Positions 30,087 through 39,205 of a DNA stretch of 64,000 nucleotides are shown here, piece by piece (the first letter of the stretch is position 1; the number at the start of each line of letters is the position of its first letter). The position numbers were made by a program, and so were the translations under genes. This DNA is from Gemmatimonadaceae bacterium (GTDB lineage: Bacteria; Gemmatimonadota; Gemmatimonadetes; Gemmatimonadales; Gemmatimonadaceae). The notes beneath the pieces were generated by a model. It saw only the letters and a list, made by a program, of their open reading frames with translations, did no database searches and was not told the DNA's origin. The DNA lies in the NCBI GenBank assembly GCA_030647905.1, contig JAUSJA010000037.1, positions 12,030 through 76,029 of the forward strand, given 5' to 3'.

Positions 30087-31157
30087 ATGAGTTATGCTGC
30101 GGTGCCGGTCACGCTCGCGCCAGAGGAGGCCGACACGCTCGGCCGGTGGGCGCGCGCCGGGCGAAGCGAGCACCGGCAAGCCTTTCGTGCCCGCATCATC
30201 TTGCGCGCGGCAGCCGGCGAAGGGACGAACGCCATCGCCGAGTCGCTCGGCACCCGGCCCGCTACGGTGAGCAAGTGGCGCACGCGGTTCGCCACGCAGC
30301 GGCTGGCCGGCCTGAGGGATGCGATGCGTCCCGGGAAGCCGCGCCTCTACACGGAGGCGACGGAACGCCGGATCCTGGCGCAACTCGATGCGCCGCCGCC
30401 GCCGGGCTATGCGCAGTGGAACGGCCGGCTCGTCGCCCGTGCACTGAGAGATGTCTCGGCTGACCAGGTATGGGCGATTTTGCGGAAGCACAAGATCGCT
30501 CTCGCGCGGCGGCGGAGTTGGTGCATCAGTACCGATCCAGAGTTTGCGCGCAAAGCGGCCGACATCGTCGCCCTGTACCTGCGCCCGCCGGAGAACGCCT
30601 TGGTGATCTCCGTTGATGAGAAGCCTCATATTCAAGCGCTGGAGCGGGCTCAGGGCTACTTGAAGTTCCCCAATGGACGGGCGATGACGGGCTTCTCGCA
30701 TGAATACAAGCGGCATGGCACGTCGACACTCTTCGCCGCCCTGGCAGTTGCGACGGGCCGGGTCGTGGCGGGGCACTACCGCCGCCGCCGGCGGGTGGAG
30801 TTCCTCGATTTCATGAATCGGGTCGTCGCGGCCTATCCGGACCAAGAGCTGCATGTCGTCCTGGACAACCTGAGCACCCATAAACCGAAGCACGACCGTT
30901 GGCTCGCTCGCCATCCTCGCGTTCACTTGCACTACACGCCCACGCACGCGAGCTGGCTCAATCTGATCGAAGTCTGGTTCAGCATCCTCGCGCGCGCCGC
31001 GCTGGCGGGCGTCAGTTTCACCAGCGTACGGGCGTTGCGCGAGGCGATCGATCGCTTCCTGGCCGCATGGAAGACGGAGGCCCATCCGTTCGAGTGGACG
31101 AAAGAAGTTGTGCATCAAGTCCCGCTCAAATCACGTTACTCTGATTTACTCAAGTAA
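30087..31157 (+). CDS. IS630-family DDE transposase, apparently intact
   Basis: N-terminal HTH (RARIIL…VSKWRTRF); catalytic VISVDEKP, VVLDNLSTH, SWLNLIEVWF. The TAA stop lies inside the right TIR. Confidence 0.95.
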   Translation: MSYAAVPVTLAPEEADTLGRWARAGRSEHRQAFRARIILRAAAGEGTNAIAESLGTRPATVSKWRTRFATQRLAGLRDAMRPGKPRLYTEATERRILAQLDAPPPPGYAQWNGRLVARALRDVSADQVWAILRKHKIALARRRSWCISTDPEFARKAADIVALYLRPPENALVISVDEKPHIQALERAQGYLKFPNGRAMTGFSHEYKRHGTSTLFAALAVATGRVVAGHYRRRRRVEFLDFMNRVVAAYPDQELHVVLDNLSTHKPKHDRWLARHPRVHLHYTPTHASWLNLIEVWFSILARAALAGVSFTSVRALREAIDRFLAAWKTEAHPFEWTKEVVHQVPLKSRYSDLLK

Positions 31158-31165
31158 GTACTAGC

Positions 31166-31732
31166 GTGAGCGTCATGTCAGCATGGAATACCGACGACTA
31201 CGCGACGGGAACGGCGAGCGGAACGTCAATGGCCGCGCCGCACGTCGCTGGGGCGGCTGCGCTCTACCTGCAGAGCAATCCGGGAGCGTCACCGGCGGCA
31301 GTCGCACAGGCGCTCGTCTCGTCGGCAACGAATGGCGTCCTGACAGGACTCGTCGGTACCTCGCCGAACAGGCTTCTCCGAGTGGCGGGATCCAGCAGCG
31401 GAGATACTGCGACCGCGCCAGCCCCTGCGCCGGCGCCGGCACCGAGTCCCCCGCCGGTGAATGCAGCTCCGATCGCAAGCTTCTCGGTCAGCTGTCCCTC
31501 GAACAAGAACAACTGCTCGTTCGATGCATCGGGCTCGAGCGACGACTCGGGAATTGCCAGCTACTCGTGGAACTTCGGCGACGGTACGTCGAGCGTGAGC
31601 GCGGCGAATCCGAGGGCGAGCCACTCCTATTCAGCGAAGGGCACTTACTCAGTCACGCTGACGGTGAGCGATGCGGCCGGTCTCCAGACGAGCGCGACGC
31701 AGAGAGTATCCGTGAAGAGTCTCAGCAGGTAA
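31166..31732 (+). pseudogene. 5'-truncated S8 (subtilisin/aqualysin-like) peptidase with Pro/Ala linker and PKD domain
   Basis: Starts right at the IS junction with VSVMSAW…GTSMAAPHVAGAAAL (catalytic Ser). Signal peptide, prodomain and catalytic Asp/His are missing. PKD motif FDASGSSD…YSWNFGDG…HSYSAKGTYSVTLTV. Confidence 0.85.
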
Positions 31733-31778
31733 CGTATGACAGCGGCGGCATCGTGAGATGCAGTCGCTGCGGCAAGAG

Positions 31779-31809
31779 AAAGAGGGGCTCCGTTGGGGCC
31801 CCTCTTTTT
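31779..31809. terminator. Rho-independent terminator, possibly bidirectional
   Basis: AAAGAGGGGCTC-cgtt-GGGGCCCCTCTTTTT; A-tract before and T-tract after the stem. Confidence 0.85.
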
Positions 31810-31810
31810 G

Positions 31811-32026
31811 GGTTCTTCACGGATTAATGGGAAACGCCGCCCTTGTCTCAAGGAAGAAGCACCTGTCGGTCGGAAGCCGTGAGCTATCCGTTCGATAACT
31901 GAGAACAGCCGACCTGCCAGCGGTCGGCCCTTCTCAGTTGAATCGGCTCGAGCCCACTGCTGACACACTCTTGGCCGCCTACATGTTTAAGGTGATGCCC
32001 CCGGAATTCCTCGAAGAACCTTTTTT
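31811..32026 (+). ncRNA. Rod-shaped structured RNA, 6S RNA (SsrS)-like candidate
   Basis: Nested helices symmetric about ~31918: GGTTCTTC/GAAGAACC (31811-18/32013-20), CCTTG/TAAGG, TCAAGG/TCTTGG, TGTCGG/CTGACA, TGAGCT/GGCTCG, an internal bubble, AACTGAGAA/TTCTCAGTT, GCCGACC/GGTCGGC. Most non-Watson-Crick pairs are G-U on the + strand; a T6 tract follows. No clear promoter found, so ends and strand are provisional. Confidence 0.6.
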
Positions 32027-32027
32027 A

Positions 32028-32054
32028 TTGCGGCGGCGTCAGCGCGCCCCGCAA
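32028..32054. other. GC-rich hairpin between the ncRNA candidate and the dcd 3' end
   Basis: TTGCGG-c-GGCG-loop-CGCC-CCGCAA; no U-tract directly after it on either strand, so not a classic terminator. Confidence 0.35.
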
Positions 32055-32067
32055 ACGCTCCACCCGA

Positions 32068-32622
32068 TCACAGCTTCGGCAGCGTCACCCCGGTCTGCCC
32101 CTGGTATTTTCCCTTCTTGTCCTTATAGGAAACCAGCGGCTCCTCCTCTCCCTTGAAGAACAACACCTGCGCGATTCCCTCGTTGGCGTAGATCTTCGCG
32201 GGAAGGGGAGTCGTGTTGGAAATCTCGAGCGTCACATGACCCTCCCACTCGGGCTCCAGCGGCGTGACGTTCGTGATTATCCCGCACCGCGCATACGTGG
32301 ACTTGCCGACCGTCACGGTGAGGACGTTACGCGGAATCCGGAAATACTCCACCGACCTCGCCAGCGCGAACGAATTGGGCGGCACTATGCACACGTCGCC
32401 GTTGAATTCCACGAACGAGTTGGGGTCGAAATTCTTGGGGTCCACGATGGAATTGAGAACGTTCGTGAAAATCCGGAACTCGCTCGCCACGCGCATGTCG
32501 TAGCCATAGGAGCTGACACCGTACGAAATGACCCCCGACCTGACCTGGCTGCTTTCGAACGGCTCGATCATCCCATGCTCGAGCGCCATCTGGGTGATCC
32601 AGCGATCGGACTGAATTGACAT
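32068..32622 (-). CDS. dcd: dCTP deaminase
   Basis: MSIQSDRWI…[11 protein letters not shown]…GKSTYARCG…TPLEPEWEG…YANEGIAQ…KYQGQ. Start set at ATG 32622 rather than ORF-track 32664. Confidence 0.95.
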   Translation of the reverse strand: MSIQSDRWITQMALEHGMIEPFESSQVRSGVISYGVSSYGYDMRVASEFRIFTNVLNSIVDPKNFDPNSFVEFNGDVCIVPPNSFALARSVEYFRIPRNVLTVTVGKSTYARCGIITNVTPLEPEWEGHVTLEISNTTPLPAKIYANEGIAQVLFFKGEEEPLVSYKDKKGKYQGQTGVTLPKL

Positions 32623-32769
32623 TTCCTGGATGGGATTTTGCGGAGGTGCGCCACGTTCGTGCACGCGATATTGCAGGCGCGGAAATCTATGGAATCGGAA
32701 CGCTTCGGGCTACGGTCATCCCCCTTCCATCCGCGCTATCGAACACGATAGATTCCTGTCGCCTACAGT

Positions 32770-32787
32770 TAGTGAAATATTTCACGA
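32770..32787. promoter_or_regulatory. Rex-like operator (palindrome) upstream of nuoA
   Basis: TAGTGAAATATTTCACGA; perfect 14-bp core GTGAAATATTTCAC; matches 12/14 informative positions of the Rex consensus TTGTGAANNNNTTCACAA. Lies downstream of a weak promoter, TTCCAT-N18-TAGATT (32725-32754). Confidence 0.6.
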
Positions 32788-32800
32788 AGTCGGGAACTCC

Positions 32801-33205
32801 ATGAGTCGCGCGTACTTGCCTGTCCTGATGTTGCTTGGATTCGTGGTCATGAATGGGCTGCTGATAGTGGTGTTGTCGGCACTCCTCAAGCGCTCACGCC
32901 CGACTCCGGTCAAGCAGACCCCCTACGAGTCCGGCATCCCCGTTCTCGGCGACGCCAGAGAGCGATTCTCCATCAAGTTCTACCTCGTCGCCATCCTGTT
33001 TATCGTGTTCGACATCGAAACCGTTTTCATGATCCCGTGGGCCGTTTACTATAGACAGCTTTCCTGCACGGCCGAGCTCGTCGCCGGCGCGTGCCCGGCC
33101 GGACAGATCACGTTCTTCGGTCTCGGTGAAATGCTCGTATTCATGGCGATCCTGCTCGTCGGGCTCGCCTACGTCTGGAAGAAGGGAGCACTGCAATGGG
33201 ATTAG
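32801..33205 (+). CDS. nuoA: NADH-quinone oxidoreductase subunit A
   Basis: [41 protein letters not shown]. Confidence 0.93.
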   Translation: MSRAYLPVLMLLGFVVMNGLLIVVLSALLKRSRPTPVKQTPYESGIPVLGDARERFSIKFYLVAILFIVFDIETVFMIPWAVYYRQLSCTAELVAGACPAGQITFFGLGEMLVFMAILLVGLAYVWKKGALQWD

Positions 33206-33822
33206 CGGCACGTCCTGAGACCCGCACGGTCTCCTGGCAACCCGAAAGTCAGGAAGGCTGGGTCGCGACCCGCCTGGATTTCCTCGTCAACTGGGGACGA
33301 GCGAACTCCCTCTGGCCGATGCCGTTCGGCACGGCCTGCTGCGCGATCGAGTTCATGGCCACCGCGGCCAGCCGGTTCGACCTCGCCCGCTTCGGCATGG
33401 AGAGAATGAGCTTCTCTCCGCGACAGGCGGACGTCCTGATCTGCGCCGGCCGCGTTCCGTTCAAGCTCGCCCCCGTCATCCGCCGCATCTGGCAGCAGAT
33501 GCCTCAGCCAAAGTGGTGCATCTCGATGGGTGCCTGCGCCTCGACCGGTGGCATGTTCGACAACTACGCGGTGGTGCAGGGAATTGACACGATCATTCCG
33601 GTTGACGTGTACGTGCCCGGCTGCCCGCCACGGCCTGAAGGCCTACTCTATGGAATCCGCATGCTCCAGGAGAAGGTCATGGCCGAACGGCTCGTGGACA
33701 ACCGGCTGCGCGACGAAATGAATCCCGACCCCTCGAGCCAGCTCTACATCCCGCCGTCGGTCATTGACGAGCTGGGAGAGCCGTTCGGCAATTCGGTCCA
33801 CCAGACGCGCTCCGCACCGTGA
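33196..33822 (+). CDS. nuoB: NADH-quinone oxidoreductase subunit B
   Basis: [33 protein letters not shown]. Confidence 0.96.
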   Translation: MGLAARPETRTVSWQPESQEGWVATRLDFLVNWGRANSLWPMPFGTACCAIEFMATAASRFDLARFGMERMSFSPRQADVLICAGRVPFKLAPVIRRIWQQMPQPKWCISMGACASTGGMFDNYAVVQGIDTIIPVDVYVPGCPPRPEGLLYGIRMLQEKVMAERLVDNRLRDEMNPDPSSQLYIPPSVIDELGEPFGNSVHQTRSAP

Positions 33823-34520
33823 CGGACAAGTTCGACATCGTCACCACCGGTTCGGCGCTGCGCGAAGTTTCTCCGCCGATCACGCCGCGGAATGTGCAGC
33901 ACCGCGGCGGCGAGCCCAATCCCAGTGCCTCGGCTCTGGCCGCACGTTTTCCGGGGGCCGTCCAGCGCTCTGAAGTGGTGTGGGGCGAGACGGCCGTGTA
34001 CGTCGAAGCGTCCCGCATCGGCGAGATCATGCAATGGCTGCGTGACGATCCCAATCAGCGCTACGATTATCTGAGCGACGTCACCGCAGTCGAGTATCGT
34101 GACTTCGAGACCCCCATCGAAGTGGTCTGGCATCTTCGGTCGCTGCCGTTCCGGCGTTTCCTTCGCGTCAAGGCGATGCTGGCGAAGAACGCACCGCTGG
34201 AAGTGCCAAGTGTCTGGCCACTCTGGAAGGCTGCCGACTGGATGGAGCGCGAGTGCTACGACATGTTCGGCATCCGTTTCGTGGGGCATCCGGATCTCCG
34301 CCGCATCCTGATGTGGGAGCAGTACAAGGAAGGATTCCCGCTGCGCAAGGATTTCCCGCTGCGCGGCCGCTTCAGCCGCGCCGAGCAGCTTCGTCAGGCC
34401 CTCACGCAGAATCCGGAAGCGAAATACTCGATGGAAGAGCTTGCGATCGCCGACGCATTCGAGGATCTGCCCGCGGACATGCGGAAGCGCCTCGGCACCG
34501 GTGAACGGACGGGTGAGTAG
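33819..34520 (+). CDS. nuoC: NADH-quinone oxidoreductase subunit C
   Basis: [43 protein letters not shown]. Confidence 0.93.
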   Translation: MTDKFDIVTTGSALREVSPPITPRNVQHRGGEPNPSASALAARFPGAVQRSEVVWGETAVYVEASRIGEIMQWLRDDPNQRYDYLSDVTAVEYRDFETPIEVVWHLRSLPFRRFLRVKAMLAKNAPLEVPSVWPLWKAADWMERECYDMFGIRFVGHPDLRRILMWEQYKEGFPLRKDFPLRGRFSRAEQLRQALTQNPEAKYSMEELAIADAFEDLPADMRKRLGTGERTGE

Positions 34521-34521
34521 A

Positions 34522-35835
34522 ATGGCATCAGGCAATCGTACGATCGAAGTCGAGCTGTCCACGACAGGGCTCGACGCGCAGGGCAGGCCGCAGCGCGTTC
34601 CGCTGGTCACGAACGATGGCGGCTCTCCGCTCGAGATTTCCGCGCCGCTGGCGATGGAACCCGAGCTTTCGGGCGATCACATGCTCATCAACATCGGGCC
34701 GCAGCATCCGGCGACGCACGGGGTGCTTCGGCTGGTGCTCGAGCTCGACGGCGAGACGGTGGTGCGTTGCATTCCGCACATCGGCTACCTGCACTGCGGA
34801 TTCGAGAAGATCGGCGAGTACCGCCAGTACAACCAGATCATCCCGTGGACCGATCGCGAAGATTATCTCAACTCGATCGGCAACAACGTCGCATTCGCGC
34901 TCGGCGCCGAGCGGCTGTTCGGCATTGACATCACCGAGCGGTGCGAAGTCCTTCGCGTAATCGCTGCGGAGCTTTCGCGGATCATCTCCCACCTGGTCTG
35001 GGTCGGCACGACGTGCATTGACATCGGCGCGTTTACGCCGTTCCTGTGGGCGTTCCAGGAGCGCGAGAACGTCTACAATCTGCTCGAGAGCTGGGTCGGC
35101 GCGCGACTCACCACATCGGCGACGCGCGTCGGCGGAATGGCGGCGGACATCCCGTCCGGATGGATGGACGGGCTGCGCCAGTTCATGCGCACCCTCCCGC
35201 ACACGATTAACGAAGTAGATCGCATCATCACGAAGAACGGCATCTGGGTCGGACGCACGATCGGTCTCGGCGTGATGACGCCGGACGAAGCGATCAACTG
35301 GGGACTCTCCGGCCCGATGCTTCGCGCGTCGGGCGTGGATTACGACGTGCGCAAGGATTTCCCATACCTCGGATACGAGAATTACGACTTCGATGTTCCC
35401 GTCGGCACCAACGGCGATGTCTACGACCGTTATCTCGTGCGCATGGAGGAGATGCGGCAATCCGTGCGCATTCTCCAGCAGGCCGCCGACAGACTTCCCG
35501 ACGGCCCTGTCAACGTGGACGATGCGCGCGTGATTCTTCCGCCCAAGTCCAAGGCGACGAGTGAGATGGAATCCATGATCCATCACTTCAAGCAGGTGAT
35601 GGAAGGTCCGCGTCCGCCCGCCGGCGAGTCCTACGTCGCCGTCGAAAGCCCGAAGGGGGAGAAGGGCTACTACATGGTCTCCGACGGGACGTCCAAGCCG
35701 GTGCGCTGGAGAATCCGTCCGCCTTCCTTCATCAACCTTGCCGCAATTCCGAAGATGGTAGAGGGACACCTCCTCTCCGACGTCATCGCGATCAACGCGA
35801 GCATTGACATCGTCATGGGAGAGATCGACCGATGA
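34522..35835 (+). CDS. nuoD: NADH-quinone oxidoreductase subunit D
   Basis: NIGPQHPATHGVLR, GYLHCGFEK, ESPKGE, DIVMGEIDR; ATG 34522. Confidence 0.95.
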   Translation: MASGNRTIEVELSTTGLDAQGRPQRVPLVTNDGGSPLEISAPLAMEPELSGDHMLINIGPQHPATHGVLRLVLELDGETVVRCIPHIGYLHCGFEKIGEYRQYNQIIPWTDREDYLNSIGNNVAFALGAERLFGIDITERCEVLRVIAAELSRIISHLVWVGTTCIDIGAFTPFLWAFQERENVYNLLESWVGARLTTSATRVGGMAADIPSGWMDGLRQFMRTLPHTINEVDRIITKNGIWVGRTIGLGVMTPDEAINWGLSGPMLRASGVDYDVRKDFPYLGYENYDFDVPVGTNGDVYDRYLVRMEEMRQSVRILQQAADRLPDGPVNVDDARVILPPKSKATSEMESMIHHFKQVMEGPRPPAGESYVAVESPKGEKGYYMVSDGTSKPVRWRIRPPSFINLAAIPKMVEGHLLSDVIAINASIDIVMGEIDR

Positions 35836-36314
35836 GCCATCAGCCTGTCTTTACCGCCACTGCGCGCAAGGAGCTCGATACGCTCCTCGGCCGCTATCCT
35901 ACGAAGATGGCGGCGCTGCTCCCCGCGCTATGGATAGTGCAGCGCGAGCGCGGGTGGGTGAGCGAAGACGCCATGGCCGAGGTTGCGGGGGTGCTCGATC
36001 TGACACCCGCCTACGTGAAAGGCGTCGTGACGTTCTACACGATGTATCACCAGCATCCGGTCGGGAAATACTTCATCCAGGTCTGCACGACGTCGCCATG
36101 CGGAGTCTGCGGAGCCGAGGATGTGGTGAAGGCGTTCCTGCAGCACACGCGCACCGGCGAGCTGGGCGTCACTTCCGCCGACAACAAGTACACGGTGATC
36201 GAAGTCGAGTGCCTCGGCGCCTGTGGGTTCGCGACACCTGTCATGATCAACGAAGAGTTCATCGAGTCGGTCACTCCGGAAACAGTTCCGGAAATCCTGG
36301 CAAGACTTCCATAA
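35832..36314 (+). CDS. nuoE: NADH-quinone oxidoreductase subunit E
   Basis: TFYTMY, CTTSPC, VECLGAC (N1a ligands). Confidence 0.94.
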   Translation: MSHQPVFTATARKELDTLLGRYPTKMAALLPALWIVQRERGWVSEDAMAEVAGVLDLTPAYVKGVVTFYTMYHQHPVGKYFIQVCTTSPCGVCGAEDVVKAFLQHTRTGELGVTSADNKYTVIEVECLGACGFATPVMINEEFIESVTPETVPEILARLP

Positions 36315-37628
36315 ATGGGTTATCCGCACAAATCGCATCCGCGCGAGACGCCGGTGCTCTCCCAGTACTTCGGCGATTCCGACGCGCGCTCACTGGACGG
36401 CTGGAAGAAGCGGGGCGGCTACCAGGCGCTCGAGAAGGCGCTCGGCATGGCTCCCGCCGACATCGTCAACATCGTCAAGGAATCGGGGCTGCGTGGTCGC
36501 GGCGGAGCCGGATTTCCGACCGGGCTCAAGTGGTCGTTCATGAAGCCGGGCGACGGCAAGCCGCATTACCTGTGCTGCAACGCCGACGAATCGGAGCCGG
36601 GCACGTTCAAGGACCGCGAAGTCATGCGCTGGACTCCGCATGGGCTGATCGAGGGATGCGCGATCGCCGCATACGCGATCGGAGCCGAAACGGTTTACAT
36701 CTACATCCGCGGTGAGTTCACCGAGCCGCTGACCCGGATGGAAGCCGCCGTGCGCGAAGCGTACGACGCGGGCATCCTCGGCCCCAACGCGATGGGCACC
36801 GGCAAGCGCATTGACATGTACGTTCACAAGGGCGCGGGCGCTTACATCTGCGGCGAAGAGACGGCGCTCATGAACTCGCTCGAGGGCCGGCGCGGCAATC
36901 CGCGCATCAAGCCGCCGTTCCCCGCGGTCTCGGGAGTGTTTGGTCAGCCGACGACGATCAACAACGTCGAGACCCTCGCCGCCGTTCCGGCGATCCTTAT
37001 GAAGGGCGCCGAATGGTACAAGGGGATGTCGCTGTCGAATCCCAGGAGCACGGGCTCCAAGCTGTTCTCCGTCTGCGGGAATGTCCGACTGCCGGGCACA
37101 TATGAGGTCGTGCTCGGCTTCCCGTTCAAGGAATTCCTGAACGACCTGTGCGGCGGCCCTCCCGAGGGGAAGAAGTTCAAGGCCGTAATTCCGGGCGGCG
37201 CGTCGGTCCCGATCCAGACGATGGAGGAAGCCGAGGCGACGCTGATGGATTACGAGGGCTTCATCGCCCAGGGCTCGATGCTTGGATCGGGCGGCGTCAT
37301 CGTCATTGATGACTCGCAGTCAATGGTGCGCGTGATCGCGCGGCTGGCGCGGTTCTTCGCCCACGAGAGCTGCGCGCAGTGCACGCAATGCCGCGAAGGC
37401 ACGGCGTGGACGACGAAGATTCTCGAGCGCATCCGGGACGGGCAGGGCACGATGGAAGATCTGGACACGCTGATGGGAATCGCTGAGAACATGACCGGCA
37501 CCACTATCTGCGTGTTGAGCGATTCGTGCGCGACCCCGGTCATTTCCGGCATCAACAAGTTCAGAAGCGAATTCGAGGCGCTGATCCATGGAAAGCGTGT
37601 GCACTCCGTGATGGCGGCGGTGGCCTGA
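36315..37628 (+). CDS. nuoF: NADH-quinone oxidoreductase subunit F
   Basis: GLRGRGGAGFPTG, NADESEPGTFKDR, GAGAYICGEET, ESCAQCTQCREG. Confidence 0.96.
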   Translation: MGYPHKSHPRETPVLSQYFGDSDARSLDGWKKRGGYQALEKALGMAPADIVNIVKESGLRGRGGAGFPTGLKWSFMKPGDGKPHYLCCNADESEPGTFKDREVMRWTPHGLIEGCAIAAYAIGAETVYIYIRGEFTEPLTRMEAAVREAYDAGILGPNAMGTGKRIDMYVHKGAGAYICGEETALMNSLEGRRGNPRIKPPFPAVSGVFGQPTTINNVETLAAVPAILMKGAEWYKGMSLSNPRSTGSKLFSVCGNVRLPGTYEVVLGFPFKEFLNDLCGGPPEGKKFKAVIPGGASVPIQTMEEAEATLMDYEGFIAQGSMLGSGGVIVIDDSQSMVRVIARLARFFAHESCAQCTQCREGTAWTTKILERIRDGQGTMEDLDTLMGIAENMTGTTICVLSDSCATPVISGINKFRSEFEALIHGKRVHSVMAAVA

Positions 37629-39205
37629 TGGCTGAGCAGATGGCTGAACAGAAGATGGTCAACCTCACGATCGAGGGACGGCCCGTAAGCGTGCCAGAGG
37701 GCACGTCCATCCTCGAGGCCGCGAAGACCGCGGGCATCCTCATTCCGCATTACTGCTATCACCCGAGTCTTCCCATTCCGGGCGTTTGCCGGATGTGCCT
37801 CGTCGAGGTGGAGAAGGCGCCGAAGCTCGCGCCGTCGTGCGCGACTTCGGTGGCCGAAGGCCAGGTCGTCCGCGTCCACACCGAACGCGCTCTCGAGGCG
37901 CGGAAGGGAGTGCTCGAGTTCCTGCTCATCAATCACCCTCTTGATTGTCCGATCTGCGACCAGTCCGGCGAGTGCGAGCTTCAGGACTTCACGTATCAGG
38001 AAGGGCGTGCGGATTCGCGATACCGCGACCCGAAGCGATTCAATCCGGTGGAGGATTTCGGCGGCGACGTGATGTACGTCCCCAATCGCTGCATCCTCTG
38101 CACCCGTTGCGTGCGCTTCATGGACGATCTCGCGCACGATACGGTCCTCAACGTCAGCGAGCGCGGCGACCGCGCGCTCATCGGAAAGTTCGAGGGTAAG
38201 GATCTCACGCACCCGTGGGCGGCGAACGTGATTGACCTCTGCCCGGTCGGTGCGCTGCTTTCCAAGGACTTCCTGAACAAGGCGCGCGCATGGGAACTGG
38301 ACCGCGCTGCTTCCATCTGCCCCGGCTGCACCCAGGGCTGCAACATCATGATCGAGGTGCGGGACAACAGCGTCGCGCGTCTCAAGCCGCGTCCCAACGA
38401 GGACGTCAACAAGTTCTTCATGTGCGACAACGGCCGACTCAACTATCGGTGGATGAACCGGCAGGACAGAGCGGAGAAGCCGATGGTGCGCGCCGGCGGT
38501 GTCCTCGCCGCGACCGAGTGGGAGACAGCGATCAATTCCGCTGCGACAATTCTGCGCGGCGCGAGAGTGTTCGTTCTGGCGTCGCCGAGCCTCTCCAACG
38601 AGGCGCTGTTCCTGCTGTCGCAGCTCATCGAGCACAACGGCGGCACCGGCGTTTTCCGTGTCGCCACCGGTGAGGAAGCGCCGCTGCCCGGCGTCGAGGA
38701 TCTCGCCCTTCGGCGCGATCGCGCCGCCAACGTCGCGGGCGCGGAGATGATGGGCTATTTCCGGTCGGACGCGCCGCTCGACGGGCTCGGAGAGGGCGAC
38801 GTGCTCATCATCGCCGACGACGATCTCGAAGGTCTTTCCATAGATGCTGCCTCGCGTGCCGCTTCGGTAATCGTGATCGGAACGACAATGCCGAAGGGCA
38901 TCGAGAAGCCTGCGGTCGTGCTGCCGATCTCCAACTTTTCCGAAGAAGAGGGGACGTTCACGAACCTTCGCGGGCGCGTGCAGCGATTCATGCAGGCCAA
39001 GGCCGCCCCTGGGCAGGCAAGGCCGAGCTGGCTCGTGCTCGGCGACCTTCTCGGTGCACTGGGAGCCCAGACGAGCTTCTTCCTTCCGTCCGACGTCTTC
39101 GCAAATCTCGCCGAGACGAAGCCTGATTTCGCCGGCCTGTCATACGACTCGCTCGGCATGCGCGGGCTTCCCGTGATGAGTGCCGGTGCGGGGGCGACTC
39201 GATGA
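37628..39205 (+). CDS. nuoG: NADH-quinone oxidoreductase subunit G (short form, ~525 aa)
   Basis: HYCYHP…CRMC, HPLDCPICDQSGECELQD, CILCTRCVRF, CPGCTQGC…CDNGR. Confidence 0.92.
   Translation: MAEQMAEQKMVNLTIEGRPVSVPEGTSILEAAKTAGILIPHYCYHPSLPIPGVCRMCLVEVEKAPKLAPSCATSVAEGQVVRVHTERALEARKGVLEFLLINHPLDCPICDQSGECELQDFTYQEGRADSRYRDPKRFNPVEDFGGDVMYVPNRCILCTRCVRFMDDLAHDTVLNVSERGDRALIGKFEGKDLTHPWAANVIDLCPVGALLSKDFLNKARAWELDRAASICPGCTQGCNIMIEVRDNSVARLKPRPNEDVNKFFMCDNGRLNYRWMNRQDRAEKPMVRAGGVLAATEWETAINSAATILRGARVFVLASPSLSNEALFLLSQLIEHNGGTGVFRVATGEEAPLPGVEDLALRRDRAANVAGAEMMGYFRSDAPLDGLGEGDVLIIADDDLEGLSIDAASRAASVIVIGTTMPKGIEKPAVVLPISNFSEEEGTFTNLRGRVQRFMQAKAAPGQARPSWLVLGDLLGALGAQTSFFLPSDVFANLAETKPDFAGLSYDSLGMRGLPVMSAGAGATR

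Larger units (their letters stand above)
30024..31161 (+). mobile_element. IS630-family insertion sequence (1138 bp)
   Basis: Perfect 12-bp terminal inverted repeats GTACTTACTTGA (30024-30035) / TCAAGTAAGTAC (31150-31161). Flanked by TA within CTAG on both sides (30021-30024, 31161-31164); single transposase ORF. Confidence 0.95.

Noticed and set aside
31826-31925. Cobalamin, TPP riboswitch or SRP RNA (fragments such as AATGGGAA, CTGAGA, GACCTGCC, GGAAGAAGCA)
   Set aside because: The required companion motifs and helices are missing, there is no downstream same-strand gene to regulate, and a single long rod explains the sequence better.
31938-32156. 72-aa ORF over the ncRNA candidate and the dcd 3' end
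   Set aside because: No motif; it overlaps a structured RNA and the dcd stop region.
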